A stretch of DNA of 64,000 nt from Terriglobia bacterium (GTDB taxonomy: Bacteria > Acidobacteriota > Terriglobia > Terriglobales > Acidobacteriaceae). Made by a program: the position numbers and the translations under genes. Below, piece by piece: positions 29,361-38,985 of this stretch (position 1 is the first letter of the stretch; every line of letters begins with the position of its first letter). The DNA is taken from positions 434,327-498,326 of the forward strand of contig CAVWUT010000006.1 of NCBI GenBank assembly GCA_963758285.1. The letters run 5' to 3'. Under the pieces are notes generated by a model that had not been told where the DNA came from, did no database searches, and saw nothing but the letters and a program-made list of their open reading frames with translations.

Positions 29361-29588
29361 TCAGACCTGCGCCAGTTTTTCCAGAATGTCAATCCCTGCA
29401 CGTCGGAGCAGCCCGGCAATGACCGGCTCCTTCATCCTGGAAGCGTCGTATTCTACCCGCACGACGCGCTGATCCTGATCAAAACGGAGGCGGCGGATTC
29501 CGTACACCTCGCGCACACTGTCGAGCGCTCGCATTTCTGCTTCGCCGGGGACGGCGCCATAGCGATAGGCGAGTTCCATCTGGGTCAT
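29361..29588 (-). CDS. hypothetical 75-aa protein
   Basis: Protein-like composition (MTQMELAYRYGAVPGEAEMRALDSVREVYGIRRLRFDQDQRVVRVEYDASRM...). Divergent from copA. No family recognised. Confidence 0.45.
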   Translation of the reverse strand: MTQMELAYRYGAVPGEAEMRALDSVREVYGIRRLRFDQDQRVVRVEYDASRMKEPVIAGLLRRAGIDILEKLAQV

Positions 29589-29675
29589 AAGCGGTTTTGC
29601 ACCTCTCCATCAAAGATACAACAATCGATTCGTGGCTTGGGATAATCTAATCACCAGCTTGCAGCGTCATGAATT

Positions 29676-32342
29676 ATGGAGAGCCCGGTCACGCTCGTGA
29701 AAGATCCGGTTTGCGGGATGAAGGTGAATCCCGCCACATCGCGCCACATCGCTGAGCATGACGGGAAGACCTACCACTTTTGCTGCGCGCATTGCGCGGA
29801 CAAGTTCAAGGCTGAACCGCAGAAATATCTCAATCCAGCCAAACCAGCTGCGGGCCTTGTGACGTTGGCCATGCCGAGTGCTGCCTCTTCGGCGGCAGTA
29901 AGAGCCAAAGACCCAGTTTGCGGCATGGAGGTTGACCCGTCCACAGCCAAGCATCGCACGGAGCACGTCGGCAAGACCCACTACTTCTGCAGTACGCATT
30001 GCCTGGAGAAGTTTCGTGCGAATCCGACGCAGTATCTTTCAACCAAACCTCTAGCTCAGGCAGGCCAAGTCATACAGATTTCTTTATCTTCTCCTTCAAG
30101 AAAGTCGACGGCCCCGGCCCAGGGCAACTACGTTTGCCCGATGTGTCCCGAGGTTCGAGCGAGCAAACCGGGACCGTGTCCAACGTGCGGCATGGCGCTC
30201 GAGCCGGAAATGCCTGTGGCCGCAACTCGCTTTGAGTACACCTGCCCCATGCATCCGGAAGTGGTGCGACCCGGCCCGGGGTCATGCCCGATCTGTGGTA
30301 TGGCGCTGGAGCCGCGCACCGTCACACCCAAGGAAGAGGACAATCCTGAGCTGCGCGACATGACTCGCCGCTTCTGGATGAGTCTGGCTCTGACCGCTCC
30401 CTTGCTGGCTGTCGCCATGGCCGACATGCTGCCCGGAATGCCTGTGCAGCATGCATTGCCTGCGGGTTGGTTGCCATGGCTTGAGTTCGTGTTAGCCACT
30501 CCGGTTGTGCTTTGGGGAGGGCTGCCATTTTTCCAGCGCGGCTGGACCTCCGTCGTCAACCACTCCACCAACATGTTCACCCTGATTGCGATGGGCACGG
30601 GCGTGGCTTACGGCTACAGCCTGCTGGCAACCATCTCGCCAGGCATTTTTCCGCAGTCGTTTCGCGAGATGAGCGGTACGCCTCCGGTTTACTTCGAGGC
30701 GGCGGCTGCAATCGTTACCCTTGTGCTTCTGGGACAGGTCCTGGAACTCCGCGCCCGCGGCCGAACCGGGGCTGCCATTCGCGCCCTGCTGGATCTGGCG
30801 CCAAAGACGGCGCGGGTTGTCCGGAATGGCGCCGAAGTCGATATTCCGCTGGATCACGTGAGGGTTGGCGACCGTTTGCGGGTGCGGCCCGGCGAGAAAG
30901 TTCCAGTCGATGGTGTGGTGCTCGAAGGGAAGAGTTCGATCGACGAATCCATGGTGACCGGCGAGTCGATTCCGGTCGAGAAAGAGCCGGGTAGCCGGCT
31001 GATCGGCGCAACTATGAACGGGACTGGATCATTCATTATGCGTGCCGAGCATGTTGGTGACGAAACGCTGCTCGCCCAGATCGTGCGAATGGTCAGCCAG
31101 GCGCAGCGCAGCCGCGCGCCGATCCAGCGTTTGGCGGACCGGGTTGCCGGGTATTTTGTTCCGGCGGTGATTGCCGCAGCATTCCTGACATTCGCCGCAT
31201 GGAGCATATTTGGACCCGAGCCACGCCTGGCCCATGCGCTGGTCAATGCAGTTGCCGTGCTGATCATTGCCTGCCCTTGCGCTTTGGGCCTGGCGACTCC
31301 AATGGCAATCATGGTTGGCACCGGACGCGGTGCACATGCGGGGGTGCTCATCAAGAACGCGGAAGCGCTGGAAATCCTGGAGAAGGTCGACACGCTGGTC
31401 ATCGACAAGACGGGTACGTTGACTGAAGGCAAGCCTTCTTTGGAGTCGGTAGTTGCGGTTCCGGGCATGAGTGAGACTGAGTTGGTGAGCCTGGTCGCCA
31501 GTCTGGAGCAGGGAAGTGAGCACCCGTTGGCGTCTGCGATCGTGACGGCAGCCAAGGCGAATGGGATCGAGCCGAAGACCGCATCGAACTTTCAATCTTC
31601 CACTGGCCGTGGGATTACCGGCACGGTGGATGGCAAACTCGTTGTAGCAGGAAATGAGCAGTTCCTGCGCGAACTGGGCGTTTCGCCAGATTCGTTGACG
31701 GCGGGTGCCGACCAACTACGCCGCAATGGTCAGACCGTGATCTTCGCCGCAATCAATGGCCGAGCGGCGGGCGTGTTGGGCATCGCCGACCCGATTAAAC
31801 AGTCCACACCGCATGCGATTCGCCAGCTCAAGGCCAACGGCCTTCGCATCGTGATGCTTACCGGCGACAGCCGCAGCGCCGCCGAGGTGGTTGCGCGCAA
31901 GCTCGGCATCGAGGAATTTGAAGCCGAAGTCTTGCCTGCCAGAAAATCCAAGGTTGTGAAGCGCCTGCAGCAGCAAGGCCGGACCGTGGCCATGGCTGGA
32001 GACGGCATCAACGATGCGCCTGCGCTGGCGCAAGCCAACGTCGGTATCGCGATGGGAACCGGCACGGATATCGCCATGGAAAGCGGTGGAGTCACGCTGG
32101 TAAAAGGCGATCTGGCGGGCATTATCCGGGCGCGGCGGCTGAGCCAGGCCACGATGCGCAACATCCGGCAGAACTTGTTCTTCGCCTTTATCTACAACTC
32201 GGTCGGAGTGCCGGTCGCGGCGGGCGTTCTGTATCCCTTCTTCGGCTGGCTGCTGAGCCCGATTCTAGCAGCGGCGGCGATGAGTTTCAGTTCGGTATCG
32301 GTGATTACCAACTCGCTGCGGCTGAGGAAAGTAGAACTGTGA
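29676..32342 (+). CDS. copA: copper-translocating P1B-type ATPase
   Basis: Two TRASH/YHS-like motifs and two CPxC...CPxCGMALEP motifs at the N-terminus. CPC in [13 protein letters not shown], plus DKTGTLT, SEHPLA and GDGINDAP. Confidence 0.93.
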   Translation: MESPVTLVKDPVCGMKVNPATSRHIAEHDGKTYHFCCAHCADKFKAEPQKYLNPAKPAAGLVTLAMPSAASSAAVRAKDPVCGMEVDPSTAKHRTEHVGKTHYFCSTHCLEKFRANPTQYLSTKPLAQAGQVIQISLSSPSRKSTAPAQGNYVCPMCPEVRASKPGPCPTCGMALEPEMPVAATRFEYTCPMHPEVVRPGPGSCPICGMALEPRTVTPKEEDNPELRDMTRRFWMSLALTAPLLAVAMADMLPGMPVQHALPAGWLPWLEFVLATPVVLWGGLPFFQRGWTSVVNHSTNMFTLIAMGTGVAYGYSLLATISPGIFPQSFREMSGTPPVYFEAAAAIVTLVLLGQVLELRARGRTGAAIRALLDLAPKTARVVRNGAEVDIPLDHVRVGDRLRVRPGEKVPVDGVVLEGKSSIDESMVTGESIPVEKEPGSRLIGATMNGTGSFIMRAEHVGDETLLAQIVRMVSQAQRSRAPIQRLADRVAGYFVPAVIAAAFLTFAAWSIFGPEPRLAHALVNAVAVLIIACPCALGLATPMAIMVGTGRGAHAGVLIKNAEALEILEKVDTLVIDKTGTLTEGKPSLESVVAVPGMSETELVSLVASLEQGSEHPLASAIVTAAKANGIEPKTASNFQSSTGRGITGTVDGKLVVAGNEQFLRELGVSPDSLTAGADQLRRNGQTVIFAAINGRAAGVLGIADPIKQSTPHAIRQLKANGLRIVMLTGDSRSAAEVVARKLGIEEFEAEVLPARKSKVVKRLQQQGRTVAMAGDGINDAPALAQANVGIAMGTGTDIAMESGGVTLVKGDLAGIIRARRLSQATMRNIRQNLFFAFIYNSVGVPVAAGVLYPFFGWLLSPILAAAAMSFSSVSVITNSLRLRKVEL

Positions 32343-32367
32343 TCCTTACGGGTTCAGGCTAGCCTCA

Positions 32368-32817
32368 TCAGGATCGGGGAGTCACTGCTACGGCTCCCAG
32401 CCACTTTACGGGCAGATGAGCGGCCAACGCGTTGGCCAGGCGCTCATCTGCGGTGACGAGTTCTGACTTTGAGTCAGTAGCTAAGGCAAGGTAAAGCGCG
32501 TCGTACACGCTGCGATCGAAGGCGTTCGCGATGGCAAATGCCGCCTCCAGCAGCTTGTGCGACGAAACCGTCGGGAAGTTGCGCTCACGCGTGGCCTGCA
32601 AGGCGTCTGCGGCGGAACGCGTCGACAGTCTCTTGAGCCGGACTGCCTTCCACAACACATTGCCGAACTCGGCCCAGAACAAGTCAGGCACCAGAAACCG
32701 TACTTCACCGCCGGAATAGCGTTTCAGTAATTCCAGAGCTTCCGTAGTGAGCGTTTCCCCGGCTGCGGGAAGAAACCACTTGGCGGCGACGCTGGCATCG
32801 ATCACATAGGTGATCAC
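32368..32817 (-). CDS. vapC: PIN-domain toxin VapC
   Basis: MITYVIDASVAAKWFL... with conserved acidic residues. 4-nt overlap with the upstream antitoxin gene. Confidence 0.85.
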   Translation of the reverse strand: MITYVIDASVAAKWFLPAAGETLTTEALELLKRYSGGEVRFLVPDLFWAEFGNVLWKAVRLKRLSTRSAADALQATRERNFPTVSSHKLLEAAFAIANAFDRSVYDALYLALATDSKSELVTADERLANALAAHLPVKWLGAVAVTPRS

Positions 32818-33062
32818 CGTTGGCGATCCCGACGTTGCAGTTCTTCGCTGGAGGAGAAATTCCGGGAAAGGGCGCGGCGCGAACGCGCACGTTGTGCCTG
32901 ACGAAGAAACCGCTGCCGCGCTTTGCGCTCCGCTGCCGTAACCACATTGTCAGCCAGCAAGTGAACGACCTCGGCGGCCATCGAGGTACGGTGCTGACGG
33001 GCCTGTTCACGCAGAGCGTTGTAGAGGTCATCCGGGACATTGTCTACATATAGGGTTGCCAT
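32814..33062 (-). CDS. vapB: RHH/FitA-like antitoxin VapB
   Basis: MATLYVDNVPDDLYNALREQARQHRTSMAAEVVHLL is a typical FitA/Arc-type antitoxin N-terminus. Confidence 0.75.
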   Translation of the reverse strand: MATLYVDNVPDDLYNALREQARQHRTSMAAEVVHLLADNVVTAAERKARQRFLRQAQRARSRRALSRNFSSSEELQRRDRQR

Positions 33063-33091
33063 AGGTAACTCCTATCACTCTAATAGAAGAA

Positions 33092-33107
33092 TGCTAGCAC
33101 ATTAGCA
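33092..33107. promoter_or_regulatory. possible vapBC operator (short inverted repeat)
   Basis: TGCTA-gcacat-TAGCA, 30-45 nt upstream of the vapB start. Short, so weak evidence. Confidence 0.25.
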
Positions 33108-33317
33108 CACTGGAAATCTAGAAATGTCTCTCACGGGGTTCGCAGGCGCTTTCGGCCACGGAATCGTCAGCCGCCTCGATTCGGTTCAGCTGTGTACAAA
33201 ACCCTCGTCCCCTCGCCCATTTTCATCCATAGAAGGTAAGCGGTCTTTGCCCTACCAATTGACAGACCCGCCCGCCTGCAACAACAATAGGTCGAAACTC
33301 AGTGCGCGGAGAAACTT

Positions 33318-34163
33318 ATGACGGATGAATCAGCCCCGGTTCACGAACCCTTTGCCGAAGTTGAACACATTCCTGAGGGCGAAGGGAACGCATGGAAGTG
33401 GGTTGCGATCCTGCTGGCGGTCCTGTATGCCGCCGGCTCGCTGTACTTCATGGTCACCTTGCGAACCCGCATCGACAAGCTGGGGAACGATCAGGATGTG
33501 AGCAACGCGCAGATCGCGCAACTGAATCAGCGGCTTCAGTCGGCCGACGCAGCCACTGAAACGCTGGCTACCCAACTTGGCATCACCAAGAAGGAGCTGG
33601 CGCAGCGCTCCGAAGAACTGCAGCGCCAGCAGCGCGCCGCGGTGGAGAAACTTTCAGCCGAGCAAAAGCAGCAAATCGGCCAGGTCAGCGGCGAGATCGC
33701 CAATGTGAAAGGCGATGTGGGCGGAGTGAAAACCGATGTTGCCTCGACGAAGTCGGAACTTGCTGCCACCGAAGCCAAGCTGCAGAGCGCAATCGGCGAC
33801 CTCGGCGTGCAAAGCGGATTGATTGCTCACACCCGCGACGACCTCGAGGTGCTAAAGCACAAGGGCGATCGCAACTACTACGAGTTTACCCTGGTAAAGA
33901 ACGCGCAGCCGCAGCCGATCGCCACGGTCAGCCTGCAGCTGAAGAAAACCGACGTGAAAAAGGGCAAGTTCACCCTGAACGTCACCTCCGACGACAAGAC
34001 CATCGAGAAGAAAGACAGAAATATTGCCGAGCCGATCCAGTTCTACAGCGGCAAGGATCACCTCTTGTTTGAGCTGGTGGTCTGGACGGTGGAAAAAAAC
34101 AAGGCGGTGGGCTACCTGAGCACGCCAAAAGGCGCACCCATTCCGGTCACGCCGGGCCAGTAA
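33318..34163 (+). CDS. single-pass membrane protein with long coiled coil and C-terminal beta-rich domain
   Basis: TM helix WKWVAILLAVLYAAGSLYFMV. Heptad-like Q/A/E-rich region. Its stop overlaps the next start (TAATG). Confidence 0.6.
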   Translation: MTDESAPVHEPFAEVEHIPEGEGNAWKWVAILLAVLYAAGSLYFMVTLRTRIDKLGNDQDVSNAQIAQLNQRLQSADAATETLATQLGITKKELAQRSEELQRQQRAAVEKLSAEQKQQIGQVSGEIANVKGDVGGVKTDVASTKSELAATEAKLQSAIGDLGVQSGLIAHTRDDLEVLKHKGDRNYYEFTLVKNAQPQPIATVSLQLKKTDVKKGKFTLNVTSDDKTIEKKDRNIAEPIQFYSGKDHLLFELVVWTVEKNKAVGYLSTPKGAPIPVTPGQ

Positions 34164-34684
34164 TGATTCCCGGCACGCACGTTCTTCTGGGCATCATGCT
34201 GCGCACGCTGGTGGTGTATCTGGTTGTGCTGGCGGGCGTGCGCGTCAGCGGCAAACGCGAAGTCGGGCAGATGACGCCCTTTGACCTGACGTTGCTGCTG
34301 CTGATCAGCAACTCGGTGCAGAACGCCATGACCGGCCCGGATACTTCTCTAGCGGGAGGAGTGGTGGCGGCCTCTACTCTGCTGCTGATGAACTACCTGA
34401 TCGCGGAAGTTTCCGGAGGTAATCGGCGATTCCGCAAGTTTGTCGAAGGCCAGCCCAGCTTGCTGGTCCACGACGGTCAAGTCATTCCTTCGCACATGGC
34501 GCGGGAACACGTCAGCATGGATCAACTGCACACTGCCATGCGCGAACACGGCATTGGGACCATGCATGACGTGGCGCTGGCAGTCCTGGAGGTCGACGGT
34601 TCCATCAGCTTCCTGAAGTATGACGAGATCAAGCCGGACGCAGGCACCCACCTGGCCCGCAGAAGGTTTATTCAAAAGCATTAG
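34163..34684 (+). CDS. DUF421 (YetF-like) membrane protein
   Basis: LRTLVVYLVVLAGVRVSGKREVGQMTPFDLTLLLLISN is a typical DUF421 N-terminus. Confidence 0.8.
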   Translation: MIPGTHVLLGIMLRTLVVYLVVLAGVRVSGKREVGQMTPFDLTLLLLISNSVQNAMTGPDTSLAGGVVAASTLLLMNYLIAEVSGGNRRFRKFVEGQPSLLVHDGQVIPSHMAREHVSMDQLHTAMREHGIGTMHDVALAVLEVDGSISFLKYDEIKPDAGTHLARRRFIQKH

Positions 34685-34708
34685 CGAGTAGGAGTAGGGC
34701 AGATGTGG

Positions 34709-34728
34709 GGCGGACACTCCTGTCCGCC
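34709..34728. repeat. REP-like hairpin GGCGGACA-ctcc-TGTCCGCC
   Basis: Perfect 8-bp stem 25 nt after the DUF421 stop. Related copies at 52031-52052 and, inverted, at 55898-55915. Confidence 0.5.
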
Positions 34729-34849
34729 TAGAACGTCGCCCGCAAGTGCATCCTTCTTTGGAAAGGTCGTCGGCGCTCCACGCCAGATCCCTCGCCCCGC
34801 TGGAGAAAGCGCGGGGTCTTCGGGATGACGTTCCTGAAGAAGCAGCCTC

Positions 34850-35431
34850 TTACTTCGTAAGCACCAGCGGCATTGGCTGGTCGTACGGCTGGATGGTCAC
34901 CGTCAGCGATTTTCGGCTGGCGAAAGCATCCGCCGTGACCGGAAACGTCACGAGAATGGTTCCGGTAGCCTGGCCGCCGGGTTCGATCTTCGTTTCGCGC
35001 GCCAGCGGTGAAAGCGCATGTTGCTTCAGCACAGGAAAAGCCTGGAAATACCGATCGACGTCAACCGCTGAGGCCGACTCATCGCTGAATTTTCCGTTGG
35101 CTGTTTCAAGTGTGGCTTCCATGGTGCGAATCCAATACGGTTTCTCGCCGTGATTGAAGATCGCAACGTTCACCGCGACCATCAGCAGATTCTGGTTCGG
35201 AACCTCAACCGAAGCGATGTCGGTAATTGCCCCGGTCGCAGCCGAAGTCGACCGCTCAGTAAGGGCGAGGATCGCGGCAATGACCGCGACCGCGGCGATC
35301 GTGATGGCAAGAATCTTGATCGGCGGCAGGTTCTTTTTGGCGGTGCCAAATTCCTCGGCGATATTGAATGGAGTTTGAGGAACCGGCTTTGGAGACAGGG
35401 TCGGAACAGGCGGATTTGTTTCGTCAGGCAT
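34850..35431 (-). CDS. membrane-anchored hypothetical protein (beta-rich ectodomain)
   Basis: 193 aa with a Pro-rich N-terminus and one TM helix (IKILAITIAAVAVIAAILAL). No family named with confidence. Confidence 0.55.
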   Translation of the reverse strand: MPDETNPPVPTLSPKPVPQTPFNIAEEFGTAKKNLPPIKILAITIAAVAVIAAILALTERSTSAATGAITDIASVEVPNQNLLMVAVNVAIFNHGEKPYWIRTMEATLETANGKFSDESASAVDVDRYFQAFPVLKQHALSPLARETKIEPGGQATGTILVTFPVTADAFASRKSLTVTIQPYDQPMPLVLTK

Positions 35432-35554
35432 GAGTCTCGATGATTGTACTGCGTTCCGGCAACGACAGCCTACCTCCGTCCAAAGCGTCGATGTAGGCGC
35501 GAGCGTCCTCGCTCGTGTGGGGCTGGCTTCGCATCTGAGTATTGAGCCTTTCTG

Positions 35555-35690
35555 TCATTTCGAGCGAAGGTCCGTCCTCCGCTCGTCGGAGGGCGGCCGT
35601 AGTCGAGAAATCTGTTGTTGGGCTGGCGCGACCGGAAAGCAGGTTTCTCGACTCCGCAGGATTCATCCGCATTCACGGGTGATCCGGTGG
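35555..35690. repeat. composite of GC-rich hairpin elements
   Basis: GGTCCGTCCTCCG-ctcgt-CGGAGGGCGGCC, then GAGAAATCTG...CAGGTTTCTC, then an ATCCG/CACGG-type motif. The ORF-track ORFs here are translations of these repeats. Confidence 0.45.
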
Positions 35691-35740
35691 CGCTCAAATG
35701 ACAACGGAAAATTATGGTACAACTTCTGCGGCCGCCATCC

Positions 35741-35770
35741 TTGACAACTCCTCATTATCGGTTCGACAAT
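35741..35770 (+). promoter_or_regulatory. promoter-like element in a 630-bp gene-free region
   Basis: TTGACA (35741-35746), 18 nt, GACAAT (35765-35770). No annotated gene lies downstream on this strand. Confidence 0.3.
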
Positions 35771-36065
35771 ATCACATAGACATTACTGCTCTTTGATAAT
35801 TAGCTCCATGGCGAACCTTGGCCGGCGTCACGTCCATTTTCGTCTCCGGAATTGGATTGGGGCTGAGCAACCCACGACGAAAATGACGACAGGCTAAATC
35901 CTTTGCTTTCTAGATTTTGCCTGTAACCCCTTACGTGTCTAGATTTTGGCGGTAAAATCTCCGTAACATGATGATTCCACTAGACCGAGGGGGAGGGGGT
36001 ATACTCCTCTTTTGAGCCTTTTTCGCCAGAGAAACCGCATAAGAACTCGATCGTTGCGGGCAAGC

Positions 36066-37811
36066 TCACGCCCACGCGTGCTTCATGGCTTGGGCGAACT
36101 TTGAGGTCGGCAGGGTATTGAGGACGTCCGGTTTGGTCAGCCAGGCCCGGCGCGCCTGCAGCACTCCGTAGCGAATTTTGGCGAGATGGGAAGTGTGGTG
36201 GGAATCCGTGTTGATCACGATCTTTCCACCATACTGCTTGGCGAGGCGGAGATGCCGGTCGCATAAATCGAGGCGATCGGGATACGCATTCAGCTCCATC
36301 GCAACTTTCTTCTCGGCTGCTGCCTTGAGCACCGCGTCTACGTCGAACTGGTAGGCATCGCGGCGCAGCAGCAAGCGGCCGGTGGGATGTCCGATGATCG
36401 ACGTATTGCGATTGTTCACCGCCCGGAGCAATCGGTCCGTCATCTCCGCCGGGGTTTGATTGAAGTGCGAATGGACGCTGGCGATCACCAGGTCCATTTG
36501 TTCCAGCACCGAATCGGAGAGATCGAGCGATCCATCCGCCAGAATATCGACTTCGATGCCGGCAAAAATTCGAATGCCCTCGGTCTGGTCATTCACCGCG
36601 CGGATGCGCTGGATGTGCTCGACCGCCCGCTTATCATCCAGGCCATTGGCGAATGCCAGGTTCTTGGAGTGATCGGTGATGGCCATGTATTTGTATCCGT
36701 GGGCGCGGGCGGCCTCGGCCATTTCTTCAATCGAATTCCGTCCGTCGGTTTCGACGGTGTGCATGTGCACGTCGCCCTGCAGGTCGGGCTGCGTGATCAC
36801 TTCGGGCAGCGCGCCGTGTTCCGCCGCATCGATTTCTCCGAGGTTCTCGCGCAACTCGGGCGGAATGTAGGCCAGCTTCAGCTTGGCGTAAATCTCTTCT
36901 TCGGTTTTGGCAGCTACAACCTTTTCGTTGTCGAGGCGAGCCAGGCTGTACTCGCTTAACGTGTAGCCCATCTTGAGGGCACGCTGGCGCAAGGCGACGT
37001 TGTGCGCTTTGCTGCCGGTGAAATACTGCATGGCTGCGCCGAATGAGGCCGGGGCCAGGAGGCGAACGTCGACTTGCATGCCGCCGCGCAGTCGGAAGCT
37101 GACTTTGTTCTCGCCGCGAGCGATGATGTCCATGAGCCCCGGCAGCTTGATGATGTGGTCGATCAGCTTTTGCCGCTCCGCGTCATCGCAGCAGGCTTTG
37201 CCGGTGACCAGAATGTCGAGATCGCCCACCGTTTCCCGGCCGCGCCGCAGGGAGCCAGCCGGGGTTACCTTCTCAACGCCGGGATAATGTTTCAGGTGTT
37301 CCACAATGTTTCCGGCTTGGATCTCAGCCGCATCGAGCAGGTAACGTCCGCCAATCCGGCGATAATCTTCGATGGCCTTGAGCAGCTTCTGCTCCTGCTT
37401 CTCACCCATGCGGGGGAGTTCGCGAATCTTGCCCTCGCGGGCCAGTTTTTCGACTCCTTCGACATCGCATACTTGATAGGCACTCCAGATCAGGGCGATG
37501 GTCTTTGGCCCCAGTCCCTGAATTTTGAGCAGGTCAAGAATGGTAGGGCGATATTTGTTGAGCAGGTCGGCGTGAACCGAAAGGCGGCCGTCCTTGAACA
37601 TTTCCTGAAGGTTCTGCAGCATGCCTTTGCCGATCCCGGGGATTTCCAGGACCTTCTTGGGCTCATGGATCAGTTCAGAAACCTGCTGCGGCAGCGCTTC
37701 GATAGCTTCGGCCGCGTTGCGGTAGGAACGAATGCGAAAGGAATCCTGGCCGTCAATCTCCAGCAGGCTGGCGGTTTCGTGCAAAATCCCGGCAATGGCT
37801 TTGTTGTCCAT
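36066..37811 (-). CDS. polX: DNA polymerase X with C-terminal PHP domain
   Basis: Pol-beta-like HhH and nucleotidyltransferase motifs (GIGKGM, GSLRRGRETVGDLDILV) plus PHP (DVHMHTVETDGRNS). Confidence 0.92.
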   Translation of the reverse strand: MDNKAIAGILHETASLLEIDGQDSFRIRSYRNAAEAIEALPQQVSELIHEPKKVLEIPGIGKGMLQNLQEMFKDGRLSVHADLLNKYRPTILDLLKIQGLGPKTIALIWSAYQVCDVEGVEKLAREGKIRELPRMGEKQEQKLLKAIEDYRRIGGRYLLDAAEIQAGNIVEHLKHYPGVEKVTPAGSLRRGRETVGDLDILVTGKACCDDAERQKLIDHIIKLPGLMDIIARGENKVSFRLRGGMQVDVRLLAPASFGAAMQYFTGSKAHNVALRQRALKMGYTLSEYSLARLDNEKVVAAKTEEEIYAKLKLAYIPPELRENLGEIDAAEHGALPEVITQPDLQGDVHMHTVETDGRNSIEEMAEAARAHGYKYMAITDHSKNLAFANGLDDKRAVEHIQRIRAVNDQTEGIRIFAGIEVDILADGSLDLSDSVLEQMDLVIASVHSHFNQTPAEMTDRLLRAVNNRNTSIIGHPTGRLLLRRDAYQFDVDAVLKAAAEKKVAMELNAYPDRLDLCDRHLRLAKQYGGKIVINTDSHHTSHLAKIRYGVLQARRAWLTKPDVLNTLPTSKFAQAMKHAWA

Positions 37812-37950
37812 GCGGAATCCAGCTTAGCGAAGAATGCGGCGGAGAGAAAGCGGATCGTCCCAAATTCAGACAAAAAGGAATTGGGCGGAATACGACCCTG
37901 GCTCGTGGGACCCAGCCTGAAGAGCGCACGAGTGGCGAAGAACTTCGAGG

Positions 37951-38160
37951 TTACGCAGGCTTGGTTACATTCGCAGCTTGCGGGCCCTTCGGGCCCTGGG
38001 TGATCTCGAACTCAACCACGTCACCCTCTTGCAGGCTCTTGTACCCCTCCGTCGTGATGGCGCTGTAATGGACGAAAACGTCAGCGCCGTCGTCCCTTCC
38101 TATGAACCCGTACCCCTTTGCGTTGTTAAACCACTTCACTGTCCCTTTCAAACGTTCCAC
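37951..38160 (-). CDS. cspA: cold-shock protein (CSD)
   Basis: [15 protein letters not shown] and DVFVHYS RNP motifs. GTG 38160 with AGGGGG 7 nt upstream. The ORF-track start 38247 is unlikely. Confidence 0.9.
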   Translation of the reverse strand: MERLKGTVKWFNNAKGYGFIGRDDGADVFVHYSAITTEGYKSLQEGDVVEFEITQGPKGPQAANVTKPA

Positions 38161-38270
38161 GTACACGCCCCCTGAGGCAGGTCTTTCAAAGCTAGCGCAT
38201 GCCTCGTGTCTGGGGAAATTCTCGGATTGCAATTTCGCGGCTGTCAAGGAAGTACGTCACAACCGGAGGA

Positions 38271-38843
38271 TTATTTCTTGGGCTGGCCGGTGGTTTCATT
38301 CAGCCAGAGCAGGCCGCAGATGGTCTTTCCATCCAGAATCTTACCCGCCATGACCAGCCGAACCGCCTGGCGAAGAGGGAACAACCGGGTCTCGATGGCT
38401 TCATCTTCCTCCGGCTGTGCGGTGCCCGATTGCAGGTCCCTGGCCAGGTAAATAGCCATGGTTTCAGCGACAAAGCCGGGGCTGGCATAAAAGCGCAAAA
38501 TGCGCTTCCAGCGCCGGGCGGAGTAGCCGGTTTCCTCCAAAAGCTCCCGCTTCGCGGCGGCTAGTTCGTTCTCACCCTTATCGATGCGACCAGCGCAAAG
38601 TTCCCAAAGATATTGTTGGGCAGCATGGCGATACTGGCGGATGAGCAGCACACGAGGCTCGGAGCGGCTCTCCTCCACGGCCATGATGACCACGGAGCCG
38701 GTATGCCGCACGATGTCGCGCCTGCCACGAATGCCGGACGGTTCCAGCACGTAATCGGTCGTGACCCAGAAGGCTGGCCCGCGATAAACCTCCTTGGTCG
38801 AAAGCAAACGGGCTTTGCCGCGACTCTGCGACGCTTTTGGCAT
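38271..38843 (-). CDS. Nudix hydrolase (ADP-ribose pyrophosphatase-like)
   Basis: Nudix box GRIDKGENELAAAKRELLEETGY. Confidence 0.85.
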   Translation of the reverse strand: MPKASQSRGKARLLSTKEVYRGPAFWVTTDYVLEPSGIRGRRDIVRHTGSVVIMAVEESRSEPRVLLIRQYRHAAQQYLWELCAGRIDKGENELAAAKRELLEETGYSARRWKRILRFYASPGFVAETMAIYLARDLQSGTAQPEEDEAIETRLFPLRQAVRLVMAGKILDGKTICGLLWLNETTGQPKK

Positions 38844-38852
38844 AGCACCAAT

Positions 38853-38979
38853 ATAATTGGGTGATTAGGCAATTGGGCAATTGGGTAATTGTGTAATTGG
38901 ACCCCGCGAGGGCTGCGGGATGGACGGCAAATTACAGATTGCTCAATTACCCGATCACTCAATTTCACAATTACTCAAT
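38853..38979. repeat. palindromic array of about 8-nt NGGYAATT repeats around a central hairpin
   Basis: Left: GGGTGATTA GGCAATT GGGCAATT GGGTAATT GTGTAATT. Centre: CCCGC-gagggct-GCGGG (38903-38919). Right: the mirror set (AATTAC..., CAATTACCC, AATTTCAC, AATTACTC). Confidence 0.65.
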
Positions 38980-38985
38980 CTTTTC

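Noticed and set aside
35424-35744. ORFs 35424..35672, 35430..35744 and 35470..35697
   Set aside because: They overlap each other on both strands and run through GC-rich repeat hairpins. They lack RBS, motifs and protein-like composition.
35755-35775. GGTTCGA-like strings (here and near 57665-57690) as tRNA or att-site remnants
   Set aside because: The flanking bases cannot form T-arm or acceptor stems. No cloverleaf can be drawn, and no integrase is adjacent.
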